NCBI GenBank assembly: GCA_951406725.2
Contig: OX597836.1
Coordinates: forward strand, 17,732,001-17,796,000
Length of the DNA: 64,000 bases
Source of the DNA: Octopus vulgaris
Taxonomy: Eukaryota
Direction: 5' to 3'
A program made the position numbers and the translations under genes. The notes below the pieces were generated by a model, which saw nothing but the letters and a program-made list of their open reading frames with translations, was not told where the DNA came from and did not search any database. This document shows, piece after piece, positions 1 through 12,009 of this stretch; within the stretch, counting starts at the first letter, position 1, and the number at the start of each line of letters is the position of its first letter.

Positions 1-39
1 GCATCTCTGATCACGAGCAGAAGGTGTGTACGAGCGTAC

Positions 40-260
40 ATAAATACATGGATGTACACATGCATACAATACATACATACATACATAATAAAACATACAT
101 ATATACGTACACATATTCATACATGCATACATACGTACACACACATAATAAACACATGCATACATACATACACACACATTCATACACATACATACATACA
201 CACACATACATGCATGCACATACCTATATACGTACATGCATACATACATATATACGTACA
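40..260. repeat. (TACA)n/(CA)n compound microsatellite
   Basis: Degenerate TACA/CA repeats read directly; they account for the H/T/Y/I-rich ORFs. Confidence 0.9.
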
Positions 261-317
261 CCTTCTCTGCACTAAGATCTGAAATGTAAGATCTCTACCG
301 TGATAACGGAAGCTCAC

Positions 318-483
318 CATATCTAATGTTAATTGCATCCACATGGCTGTACATTGTGATGAACTACATCTGCCAACATTATTATGGATTTCAGAACTTC
401 CAGAAACAGCTGTTGGATTTATAGCACCTGTCTGCCACTCCATACATTTTCTCTGTCGTTTGTACCCTCTGTGTAAGTTGGAT
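318..483 (-). CDS. Candidate internal exon (SNLHRGYKRQRKCMEWQ...GRCSSSQCTAMWMQLTLDM), product unknown
   Basis: Unique island with acceptor ttaacag| (485-484), donor ATG|GTGAGC and a 55-codon open frame. A competing plus-strand exon 395-472 (tttcag|...|gtaagt) is equally possible. Confidence 0.2.
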
Positions 484-685
484 CTGTTAATATAAATATC
501 TATATTGATACTTAAAAATTCAATCACCTGAATTTGTTTTTTCTCGTTTTGCATGTATATATATCCATATATATACATGTATATATATCCATATATATAC
601 ATTTTGTATTTCACACCCAAACTATTATATTCAATATATTTTTGGTATATTCAATGTATGCAATTTGTTTATCATACACACACAC

Positions 686-776
<91 letters not shown>

Positions 777-777
777 A

Positions 778-963
778 TCGTTAGCCACTACACACATTTT
801 TTCTCTCCTTGTTTCTCTCCTTGTTTTTTCTGTGTCCCTTTCTGTAGAAGAGCGTAGGCTCGAAACGTAAAATACTTTTTTTTATTCCTGAGCGTTATAC
901 TAATACATCTGTTTGTTTTGTACACCACCTACCTTCGTCATTTTTTTTCGTAAACTCGCCCTA
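778..963 (+). mobile_element. ~190-bp microsatellite-inserted non-autonomous element with minimal hammerhead-like motif, copy 1
   Basis: Homologous to 6036-6211, 7027-7240 and 39318-39530; flanked by (CA/TA)n; motif ttt-CTGTAGA-A-GAGC-GTAG-GCTC-GAAACGTA-aaa at 839-872. Confidence 0.75.
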
Positions 964-1126
964 TATATATATATATATATATATGCATACATGCATACAT
1001 ATATACATACATACATACATACATACATACATACATACATACACTCATACATACATACATATATATATACATACATACATACATATATACATACATACAT
1101 ACATACATATATACATACATACATAA

Positions 1127-1160
<34 letters not shown>

Positions 1161-1372
1161 CATACACTTATACATACATACATACATACATACATACATA
1201 CATACATGCATGCACACATACATACATGCATACATGCATACATACATACATACATACATATATACATACATACATACATACATACATACATACATACACT
1301 CATACATACATACATAGATAATACATACATACATACATATATACATAAATACATACATACATACATATATAA
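963..1372. repeat. (TA)n-(TACA)n microsatellite
   Basis: Read directly. Confidence 0.95.
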
Positions 1373-1569
1373 ACGGGTATATTAGTTTTTTCTGCCAGTG
1401 ACCTTCCCCCACCCCGTCAGTCACCATCAATCCGTGAGTCGTGTTAATCCTCGCATATTCTCATTCATCGCTCAGCATCGGTGTCAGTCGGACATTCTTT
1501 TCTATTTTATTTCTTTATTAAAACATATTGCCATCTTTCCGTTTTTCCTTTGTTTTCACTAAAAAAAAA

Positions 1570-2176
1570 TCGTCATTCCCGCCATCACAATCATCATCAT
1601 GATCATCATCATCATTATTATCGTTTACGTCATCATTGTTGTCACTGTTGTCGCCATAGTTATCACAATCGCTCTCATTGTTATCCTCTCTTTCTTCATC
1701 ATAATCATCATCATCACCATCACCGTAATAATCTCTCATCGTCATTATCGTTGTCGTCGTCGTCGTCGTCGTCTTCGTCATTATAATCACTATCTCGATC
1801 ATCGTTTTCATCACCATCATCATCATCTTTAGCATCATCATAATCATGCTCGTCGCCTTCATGACCCCCCACCCACCATCACAACTACCACCACCACCAT
1901 CACCACTACCACCACCACCATAACTATCACTACCACCATCACCACCACCAAAACCACAACCAAAACCACCACCACCACCACCACCACCACCACCAAAACC
2001 ACCACCACCACCACCACCACCACCACCACCACCACCACCACCACCACCACCACCAAAACCACCACCACCACCAAAACCACCACCACCACCACCACCGCCG
2101 CCGCCGCCGCCGCCGCCACCACCACCGCCGCCACCGCCACCACCGCCGCCGCCGACGCCACCACCACCACCACCAA
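1570..2176. repeat. Degenerate (ATC)n/(GTC)n then (ACC)n/(GCC)n trinucleotide array
   Basis: Read directly; gives the poly-H/D/V/T pseudo-ORFs. Confidence 0.9.
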
Positions 2177-2194
2177 CATTTCGATTTACATATT

Positions 2195-2351
2195 TATTTC
2201 AGTAATTAGACTGCGGCCATGCAGGGGCACGATCTTCATGAATTGTAGTTGAATGAATCGACTTCAATACTTATTTTCTTGCTAAGCCTGGCACTTATTC
2301 TGTCGGGCTCTTATGCGAACCGCTAAGATACCGGGAGACACACACAAATAG

Positions 2352-2427
<76 letters not shown>

Positions 2428-2565
2428 CGGGCTTCTTTTAGTTTCCGTCGGACAAATCCACTCAGGAGGCTTTGGTCGGCCCGTGGCTATAGTAGAAGAC
2501 ATATGCCCAAAGTGCTAATGAATCCAGAACCATGTGGTTGGGAAGCAAGCTTCTTCTCACTCAGC
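2195..2565 (-). mobile_element. tRNA/CORE SINE (family A), decayed
   Basis: Reverse match to family A blocks (GCGGCCATGC, AGAAGAC..TGCCCAA, AACCATGTGGTTG) with internal (TA)n. Confidence 0.8.
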
Positions 2566-2821
2566 AAATGTTATTTTCTATAGCCTTGTGTTAATCCATA
2601 CATTGTTAGTAAAATCTGGTAGACGGAAACTGTATAGAAGCCCCACGGTTATATTGTACGTGTAATCCAAAACGCCTAGTCGTACCATACACCGACACCC
2701 GCTAATTCTGCCAGAGAATTAAGAGTAAATATATCCGCGGAATACCCAGCCACTTAGATGTTAACTAGTGATCACATGATTCAGTTGAGTCGTCATGGTC
2801 GAACGTCAGAAATCCACCAGC

Positions 2822-2881
<60 letters not shown>

Positions 2882-3369
2882 ATGCGTGTGTGTTGTGAGA
2901 TGGGAATTGCACGGGTGTGCGCATGTTTATACGTGTGTATTAATAGATACACATATGTATATATGTGTGTGTCTGTATACGTGTGTGTTTAACTATTAAT
3001 AATTTACTAAAATGTATTTGATTCAATGTTTCAATGAACATACGTGTGTTTCAAAGCAAAAGCCAAAACAAAACAGCAGAATTATATAAACATTATCCAA
3101 CCCCATTAGTGTTCTGCAATATAAATACGCACATACATATATACATGTATATACTCAAGTATATGTGCTTGATGTTCAGGTGTTTGGCTACAGGAATTAC
3201 TTTTCAAATGTTGTACACCCCGGAAACATCGTCTATTATGAAACCTCAGTGAAGTATTCCTCTGGCTTTTACCAAATACAAAGCCATTTCGAAATGTTAT
3301 CTGATGTACAAAGAATATGTAAGCATAAATGTCAAATATTACATTTATGAAAAAATTAACATCATTTGT

Positions 3370-3540
3370 TTTTTCTTTTATTCTTTTAGTTGCTTCAGTC
3401 ATAACACTACGGCCATGCTAGAGCACCGCCTTGGAGAGTTTTAGTCGGACAAATGTACCCGAGTACTTATGTTTTTCTTAAAGGTGGTCCGTATTCTGTC
3501 TGTTCCTTTTGTCGAACAGCTGTGTTACGAAGACGTATAA
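3370..3540 (-). mobile_element. SINE family A, 3' fragment
   Basis: CGGCCATGCTAGAGCACCGCC tail block in reverse orientation. Confidence 0.7.
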
Positions 3541-3598
3541 CATGATTATTTTGTTTCTACAAAACTGATTACTTCGGGTATTTTTCTAGTATATACAT

Positions 3599-3762
3599 AG
3601 GCGTAGGAGTGGCTGTGTGGTAAGTAGCTTGCTTACCAACCGCGTGGCTCCGGGTTCAGTCCCACTATGTGACACCATGGGCAAGTTTCTTCTACTAAAG
3701 CCTCCGGCAGACCGAAGCCTTGTGAGTGGATTTGGTAGACGGAAACTGAAAGAATCCCGTCG

Positions 3763-3797
<35 letters not shown>

Positions 3798-4005
3798 ACA
3801 TGTTTGTGTATCTGTGTTTGTCTCCCCAAAATCACTTGACAACCGATGCTAGTGTGTATACGTCCCCGTAACTTAGCGGTTCGGCAAAAGAAACCGATAG
3901 AATAAGTACTAGGCTTTCAAAGAAAAAGTCCTGGTGACGATTTGCTCGACTAAAGGCGGTGCTCCAGCATGGCCGCACTCAAATGACTGAAACAAGTAAA
4001 AGAAT
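3599..4005 (+). mobile_element. tRNA/CORE SINE family A, full length (resembles octopus OR-type CORE-SINEs; name not verified)
   Basis: Pol III A-box TGGCTGTGTGGTAAG, B-box GGTTCAGTCCC, CORE-like ACC(A/T)TGGGCAAG, internal (TA)n(TG)n, tail ...TGACTGAAACAAGTAAAAGA. Confidence 0.9.
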
Positions 4006-4055
4006 ATATAGACGTAAGATATCTTATCTCTTAGGCATGTAGATGTATGTGTGTA

Positions 4056-4895
4056 TACACAGACATGCGGGAAGTATATAGACACCTTTAATTTTCAAAA
4101 TCTTTTATTTAGTACGCAAAGCGAACAATTGAAATGTAATCGATAGGTAGGACTACATACTTTAGTATTTAGTTGACATTCCCTTTGCGGATTTTAATTC
4201 AGAACTCTTTTTGGCATTGAACTGATGAGCTTTGTGATTGTCTCTTGTGAAATTTCTGCCCACTTTTCACGCAACAATCGAAACAATTCATCTTTAGATT
4301 TAGGCTCTTCTCGAGTTTTTCGTATAGCTCCATCTAGTATGCTCCGAAGATTTTCAATTGGGTTCATGTCAGGAGATTGGCTCGGCCAAGGAAGCTTTTC
4401 GATCCCATTTTCAGTCAGCATTTGTTGGTTCCTTTTCGCTGTGTGGCATGGAGCCCCATATTTCATGAATAAAATCACATTCTCCGTTATGTTATCGTGT
4501 GAATACATCGGAAATAGTCCTTTTCAGTAGTCTTTTTCAGAGTTTATGGTTCCAGCACATTCGATCAGCTCAGAACAACTATTGCTGGTGACAGCTCCCC
4601 ATACCATTACAGAGATACCACCATGTTTCACAGTTGGTTGGAGTCGTTTCAAATCAAATTCTTGATTGGGAAGCCTCTAGACCCAAACACGTCCACTGTC
4701 TGAAAACAGTACACATCTGGATTCATCTGCGAAAATCACTCTATCCCAAAATGAACTGGATTTTTCTGACATCTCTTTAGCCCTCGTTGAAGGAGAGGTT
4801 TTCTTCTAGCTGCTCGTTCATAATACCCAAGCTTATGCAGATATGAAACACACGTTCTAGGACTAACTCGACCTGTTTTGCAATGTCAGAAGCCT
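4056..4895 (-). mobile_element. Tc1-family (DD34E) transposon remnant, transposase pseudogene
   Basis: WDRVIFADES...[14 protein letters not shown]...GAPCH...WPSQSPDMNPIEN...SMPKR...AKGMSTKY* with stops and frameshifts; TIR-like CACAGACATGCGGGAAGTATATAGACACC after TA at ~4056. Confidence 0.92.
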
Positions 4896-4961
4896 TCGAC
4901 AACCCCGGGCCTGACAAAGCTTTGTGAGTGGATTTGGTAAACAGAAACTGGCAGAAGCCCG

Positions 4962-5000
<39 letters not shown>

Positions 5001-5002
<2 letters not shown>

Positions 5003-5400
5003 CGCAGGAGTGGCTTGCTTACGAACCACATGGTTCCGGGTTCAGTCCCACTGCGTGGCACCTTGGGCAAGTGTCTTCTACTATAGCCTCGGGCCGACCA
5101 AAGCCTTGTGAGTGGATTTGGTAGACGGAAACTGAAAGAAGCCCGTCGTATATATGTATATGTATATATATATGTGTGTGTGTGTTTGTCTGTGTTTGTC
5201 TCCCGAACATCGCTTGACAACCGATGGTGGTGTGTTTACGTCCCCGTAACTTAGCGGTTCGGCAAAAAGAGTCCGATAGATTAAGTACTAGGCTTACAAA
5301 GAATAAGTCCTGGGGTCGATTTGTTCGACTAAAAGGCAGTGCTCCAGCATGGCCACAGTCACATGACTGAAACAAGTAAAAGAGTAAAAGAGTAAAGAGT
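5001..5400 (+). mobile_element. SINE family A (internal deletion in the head); extra fragments at 4900-4962 and 5440-5670
   Basis: GGCGCAGGAGTGGCT start, CORE block, (GTAAAAGA)n tail. Confidence 0.9.
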
Positions 5401-5678
5401 ATATATATATATATATATGTATGTGTATATATCTATGTGTGTGTATCTTTGTATCTGTGGTTGTCCCCCCACAATCGGTATTAGTGTTTTTACATCCCCG
5501 TAACGTAGCGGCTCAGCAAAACAGACTAATAGAATAAGTACCAGGCTAAAAAAAAAACAGCAAAAAAAACGAAGCCATGCATTCAATTTGTTCGACTAAA
5601 ACCCCTTCAAGAAGTTATCCAAGCATGGCCGTATTCAAATGACTGCAACAAATAACAGATAACAGATAAAATTGTATA

Positions 5679-5936
5679 GAGGTTGATTGAAAAGTAACTC
5701 CCTCCTTTAAAATACTTATAAATTATTTATTAATTGTAATTTTTACAAAAAATCGATATGACCCATCAATCTCCCAGAGAAGTGGGCATCCAATCCGCGA
5801 CGAACAAGAGCAATACGATTGCAGATTAAACTGTCATACTGCAAAAGACAAACACAAAAAAATTTGAGAGGAAAATTACCATTAATATATAATTTATAAG
5901 TATTTCAAAATAGAGAGTTACTTTTCAACCATCCTG
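5679..5936. mobile_element. Tc1/mariner-type MITE
   Basis: ~55-bp imperfect TIRs (GAGGTTGATTGAAAAGTAACTC.. / ..GAGTTACTTTTCAACCATCCTG) flanked by TA on both sides. Confidence 0.8.
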
Positions 5937-5955
5937 TATACACACACACACGTAC

Positions 5956-6035
<80 letters not shown>

Positions 6036-6038
<3 letters not shown>

Positions 6039-6211
6039 GGGAGAATTCACGAAAAAGACAAAAGACGAAGACAGGTGGTGTAGAAAATAAACAGATGTAT
6101 TAGTATTACGCTCGGGAATTGAAAAAGTCTTTTACGTTTCGAGCCTAAGCTCCTACACAGAAAGGAACACAGAAAGAAAAAAGGAGAGAAAAAATGTGTG
6201 TAGTGGCTACG
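6036..6211 (-). mobile_element. Hammerhead-like microsatellite-inserted element, copy 2
   Basis: Reverse strand ccttt-CTGTGTA-G-GAGC-TTAG-GCTC-GAAACGTA-aaaga at 6128-6165; lies between (CA)n and (GT)n. Confidence 0.72.
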
Positions 6212-6223
6212 TGTGAGTGTTTG

Positions 6224-6257
<34 letters not shown>

Positions 6258-6259
6258 AA

Positions 6260-6507
6260 TTAGGTTGGTGCATAATTATTGCGGCTTTTTTTCAATAAAT
6301 TTTATTCAACGAAACAATAACAACATTTAACAAAAGCATCTTTAAATGATTATTCCGCAGTATATTCACCATCTACTTCAATTACCGCTCCCCATTTGCT
6401 TAGCAGACGGTCGGAATAATCATTTAAAGATTTTTTTCCTCAAATGCTATTATTGTTTTTGTTGAATAAAATTTCTTGAAAAAAAGCCGTAATAATCTTG
6501 CACCAAC

Positions 6508-6511
<4 letters not shown>
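6260..6511. mobile_element. Mariner-derived MITE with ~100-bp inverted ends
   Basis: TTAGGTTGGTGCA..GCGGCTTTTTT TIRs (Hsmar1/MADE-like); the centre encodes a transposase C-terminus RLLSKWGAVIEVDGEYTAE* on the minus strand. Confidence 0.88.
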
Positions 6512-6592
<81 letters not shown>

Positions 6593-6597
<5 letters not shown>

Positions 6598-6961
6598 CAA
6601 CAATTGAGGGTAAAATTAATTAATTATTAATCAATTTCACCAAGTGTTCAGTATGCAAAGGGACCATTTAAGGCGAATTCAAATTATTACAATATATAAA
6701 AGGGCTTAGTAAAATAAATACTTTGCCGCGTACTGAACTCATTAGAAATAGCAGCTAAAAACTTTTTAAAAACCATTTCTAATACTTAAAGAAAATCTCT
6801 CTCATATAGTGCTTGCTCAACTCAACTCACGAAAGTGAGTTGAGTTGAGCAAGCACTATATGAGAGAGATTTTCTTAAGTATTAGAAATGGTTTTTAAAA
6901 AGTTTTTAGCTGTATTTCTAATGAGTTCAGTACGCGGCAAAGTAATTTATTTTACTAAGCC

Positions 6962-6972
<11 letters not shown>
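6593..6972. mobile_element. (TA)n-embedded element ending in a ~280-bp near-perfect palindrome (probable Penelope-type inverted end)
   Basis: Arms 6692-6830 and 6835-6972 with a GAAA loop at 6831-6834; (TA)n on both sides. Confidence 0.65.
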
Positions 6973-7026
<54 letters not shown>

Positions 7027-7028
<2 letters not shown>

Positions 7029-7239
7029 ACGGGAAGGTTTACGAAAATAGACAATAAGACGAAGGCAGGTGGAGTACAAACAAACAATTGTATTAGTATG
7101 GCGCTGATGAATAGAAATAAAACAAGTCTTTTACGTTTCGAGCCTACGCTCTTCGACAGAAAGATACACAAAAAAGAAACAAGGAGATAAACAAGGAGAG
7201 AAAAAAATTGCGTGTAGGGGCTAACGATCCAACATGGCG

Positions 7240-7240
<1 letters not shown>
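7027..7240 (-). mobile_element. Hammerhead-like microsatellite-inserted element, copy 3
   Basis: Reverse strand tcttt-CTGTCGA-A-GAGC-GTAG-GCTC-GAAACGTA-aaaga at 7127-7164; (TA)n on both sides. Confidence 0.8.
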
Positions 7241-7280
<40 letters not shown>

Positions 7281-7681
7281 TGAATACTATATATATCATC
7301 TAGGTTGTTGATTAATCCATTCATTAAGCTCTAGTTATTTGTTCTGGCATGCAAACACTGTTATGTGAGTGTGTATGTGCCTGTATGCAAATGTATGCAT
7401 GTACATCTGTATATCTTCGTCTATGTGTGTAATTAATGTATTCGTATACAACGCAGATACAAATACTTTAGCTTACGTAATTTCAATGAATATTATATAT
7501 TTACCCCCTCCCCCTTTACCTTCGGCAATCACCACCAATACCCTGATTATAAACGATACAACCTCCCCCATTAACTTTATACGCGTGCATTTTCTCCTCA
7601 TACCGCAACCAGAAAGACTCTTGCTATCTTTACGCTGGTCACTAATTGACATATTACAGTAATTTATAACACGTGATTCAT

Positions 7682-7717
<36 letters not shown>

Positions 7718-7895
7718 ACGCACATACACATGCACATAATCACGCACGGTGTGTATACATATTTATTTACAGTCATACATAAATATAGTAATATATGCAT
7801 ACACACTGAAACATACATGAGTATGTATATATATGTATATATGCCTGTGTGTATGCCTCTCCCTCTGTGTGTGCGTGTATATATACATACATACA

Positions 7896-7973
<78 letters not shown>

Positions 7974-8358
7974 TGTATCTATGTGTGCGTTTGTGCTCAT
8001 ATATACGTATATGTACGTATATAAAGCTGTAAGCTATATCTATCGATCTATATATATGCACGTATATATATATATATATACATTGATTTATATGGATGTA
8101 TATGCATGTGTGTAGATATATATATTTACATATGCATATAGTTATACTTGCGCATGCTTGCGCACGATCAAACATAAGACCCATACACACACATACACAC
8201 ACAAGCGCACATCTGCAGACACACACATTCATAAACACACAGACATATTTGTGATACGTACGTAAACACAACAACATCCATCCATCCATCCATCCACCAA
8301 TTCATGCATACAAGTGGCTCGCGCACATTAAGAATTAAGTCATCCATTAGTCCCTTAC

Positions 8359-8372
8359 GTTGCCATGGCAAC
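8359..8372. promoter_or_regulatory. Perfect palindromic RFX X-box
   Basis: GTTGCCATGGCAAC, an exact match to the RFX consensus, in a non-repetitive island. Confidence 0.55.
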
Positions 8373-8638
8373 CTTTTTCTTGCCTCAGTCAGAGTGAGAG
8401 TGTAGGTGCGACTGGGGACGGTTAAAATGATGAATGTAAAATTACTGTAGCAACAAAGTAAATATATACATTTTTAACGAAAAAAAAATGGATGTGATGG
8501 ATGTTTGGGTGAATGGAGGGATGGACGGATGAGGGGCGAAGGTGCTGGTATATTTATTTCCGTTCCTATGTGCGCCATTTCTGTTACATACGCACGTATA
8601 AGTACTTGTGCGTATCTGTTTGTGTGTGTGTATAAGTT

Positions 8639-8708
<70 letters not shown>

Positions 8709-8722
8709 TATATATAAGTATA

Positions 8723-8832
<110 letters not shown>

Positions 8833-8915
8833 CATATATAGCTACAAACACACATATATATAAGTATATATATATATCTATATATAGCTACAAACAGATA
8901 TATATATATAAGTCA

Positions 8916-8962
<47 letters not shown>

Positions 8963-9068
8963 GCTACACACACACACATATATATATATGTGTGTGTGTG
9001 TATGCACTTATATATATAGAGTGATATACATGCATCCATCCATAAATACGTGCATTTACACATATATG

Positions 9069-9142
<74 letters not shown>

Positions 9143-9324
9143 GATTTACAACCATGCATACATGTAGCATAGAGAGGTTCAGGCATACGCACATCATGAA
9201 TATATGCATGCAAAAAGTAATTCATACAAACTTCTGTGCATGCACACATCTATACGTATCTACCTCTATAATAATATTTACATCCATTCATGTTTGTATC
9301 TATCTACGTATATGTGTATATGTG

Positions 9325-9369
<45 letters not shown>

Positions 9370-9560
9370 TCATATATGTGTGTGTGTGTCATCGTGTATA
9401 TATATATATGAGTGTGTATATGTATGTATGAATTTATGTATGCATGCCTGCATATGTAAATAGGCATTCAGTGTGGAGAGTTGCATATTTAGCGTCAGAG
9501 AGTCATGGCTATACGCCGAATACTTTTTGTAGTACTGACGTATTACAACAAACATTCTTG

Positions 9561-9743
9561 TGAACCATTTTACAAACCTATTTCTGTTTAAGTACACTAC
9601 TTTTTGTTTCAATTAATTTCTAAATGAATATAGGATTTAGTAAAATATTTTTATCATTAATGTAATTAGTATCTAGGACATGAACTGAAATTTTGATGAC
9701 GGAGGTTTTAATTTCGATTATTTTAAATGAAGATATTTGGATC
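9561..9743 (+). mobile_element. Decayed MITE-like interspersed repeat; second copy at 10203-10283 plus 10700-10825
   Basis: Both copies share TATTTCTGTT..TTTGTTTCAA..GAAATTTTGATG..GAGGTTTT; each is interrupted by a family A SINE. Confidence 0.5.
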
Positions 9744-10140
9744 GGGCGTAGGAGTAGCTGTGTGGTAAGTAGCTTGCTTACCAACTACATGGTTCCGGGT
9801 TCAGTCCCTCTGCGTGGCACCTTGGGCAAGCGTCTTCTACTATAGCCTCGGGCTGACCAAAGCCTTGTGAGTGGATTTGGTAGAGGGAAACTGAAAGAAG
9901 CCCGTCGTATATATGTGTATATATGTGTGTGTATATGTTTGTGTGTCTGTGTTTGTCCCCCCAACATCTCTCGACAATCGATTCTGGTGTGTTTACTTCC
10001 CCGTAACAAGGGAGATCGATAGAATAAGTAATAATAATAATAAGAAGAAGAATAAGTTCTGGGGTCGATTTGCTCGACTAAAGGCGGTGCTCCATCATGG
10101 CCGCAGTCAAATGACTGAAACAAGTAAAAGAGCAAAAGAG
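9744..10140 (+). mobile_element. SINE family A, full length
   Basis: Head GGCGTAGGAGTAGCTGTGTGGTAAG through the AAGTAAAAGAG tail. Confidence 0.9.
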
Positions 10141-10304
10141 TATCATAAGGAATACCGGCAGCCTTATGTGAGCCACAGAAGACTGAGAGAGTCATACAAT
10201 ATTTAATCCTTTTGTTACCAAATTTCTGTTGAAATTTACTGCCTTTGTTTCAACGAATCTTAAAAAATAACGAACAATTTACTAAAAATAACTTTACCAT
10301 TATA

Positions 10305-10700
10305 TACTCTTACTCTCTCTTACTTGTTTCAGCCATTTGGTTGCGGCCATGCTGGAGCACCGCCTTTAGTCGAGCAAATCGACCCCGGGACTTATTCTTT
10401 GTAAGCCCAGTACTTATTCTATCGGTCTCTTTTGCCGAACCGATAAGTGACGGGGACGTAAACACACACCAGCATCGGTTGTCAAGCAAACACAGACACA
10501 CAAACACACACACACATACATATATATATATACATATATACGACAGGCTTCTTTCAGTTTCCGTCTACCAAATCCACTCACAAGGCATTGGTCGGCCCGG
10601 GGCTATAGCAGAAGACACTTGCCCAAGATGCCACGCAGTGGGATTGAACCCAGAACCATGTGGCTGGTTAGCAAGCTACTTACCACACAGTCACTCCTGC
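10305..10700 (-). mobile_element. SINE family A, full length, inverted relative to 9744-10140
   Basis: Reverse match to head, CORE block and tail. Confidence 0.9.
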
Positions 10701-11389
10701 TGGTATTTGGTACATAACTCAGCATGAAATTTTGATGGAAGAGGTTTTGATTTCGACACCTTCATAGATGTAAGTTCGTATGATGGAACCAGAAGCGGTT
10801 TTAGGTTGTCATCAAGAATCCTTTAACGAGGATTGCGTTGGCATTCTTCTCAAATATTTTATTCACCAAGAAAGATCAACACGAACTACAACAGAGCTGA
10901 ACCGAAGTAAAACATCATAGAAAAATGGTTCATAGTACAACACGCTCTGCATTTCTAACAGCAGAAAAAAAACCGAAACTAAAAGACACTTCTTTTTAAT
11001 TGCGAACTCAGTAATGATTGATTTAATTGTTACATAATAGTAAAAGCCAAAACAAAAACATCCCTGTGATGGATATATTGAAAAAATTAAACTACATTAA
11101 GGAGCTGGATTGGTGGCTGGATCTTCAACCGGTATCCCATACATCAAGCGTTACAATTTATGAAATGCAAAAGGAGGCGGGGATTCCATAATCGTAATTG
11201 TGATACGTTAATAATTAATGTAATTTTATTTTTCAAACTGGAAATACTGCGTAAATAACACCGATGGGAATATTTTCCTAAAACAGATTTTGGCCAGAAC
11301 ACGATCGACACCATGTTTCACAAAACAACTGCTTCCCACAGAAAAGAGTATTATTTCGCAAACAAGGCATCGTTATCTCTGTCAGTAGG

Positions 11390-11485
<96 letters not shown>

Positions 11486-11498
11486 ATTGATAATAATG

Positions 11499-11569
<71 letters not shown>

Positions 11570-11588
11570 GATAATAATAATAATAATA
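11390..11588. repeat. (AAT)n/(GAT)n microsatellite
   Basis: Read directly. Confidence 0.95.
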
Positions 11589-11997
11589 AAGATCTTGAAA
11601 TAGAAATCAGCAAAATGTGGAAGCTGAAGACTAAAACAATACCTGTTGTCATAGGTGCCCTGGGAATGATAGCGAAAGGGACTGATTGCTACCTAACTCA
11701 GATACCAGGAAACCCCAAAATGGCAGAAATTCAAAAGATAGTGCTCATAGGGAACTGCTCATATCCTACGCAAAATACTCTCTATGTAATCCCAAGGTTT
11801 AAAACAAACTTTAAAAAAAAAAAAAAATTATTATTTTGTTTTTATTATTTATTTATTTATTTATTTATTCACTAGTACAACACCAAAAAAACCCCCCCAA
11901 ATATATGGCACAGAACTTCTAACCTGTTGTCTCTTGAGGCCTCTGGGTGAGACTTGGAGCCAACTTGTACAGACATAAAGCAAAATTCAAACATAGA
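11588..11997 (+). mobile_element. R4/Dong-clade non-LTR retrotransposon 3' end (restriction-like endonuclease C-terminus plus 3'UTR)
   Basis: KDLEIEISKMWKLKTKTIPVVIGALG...IQKIVLIG/TAHILR; bounded by (AAT)n; 3'UTR shared with 13705-13810. Confidence 0.85.
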
Positions 11998-12009
11998 ATA
12001 ATAATAATA

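Noticed and set aside
6620-6755. Minus-strand CTAATGA-GTTCAGTA...TACTGAAC..GAAA as a hammerhead
   Set aside because: G5 is mutated, seven extra nucleotides precede GAAA, and helix I does not pair convincingly.
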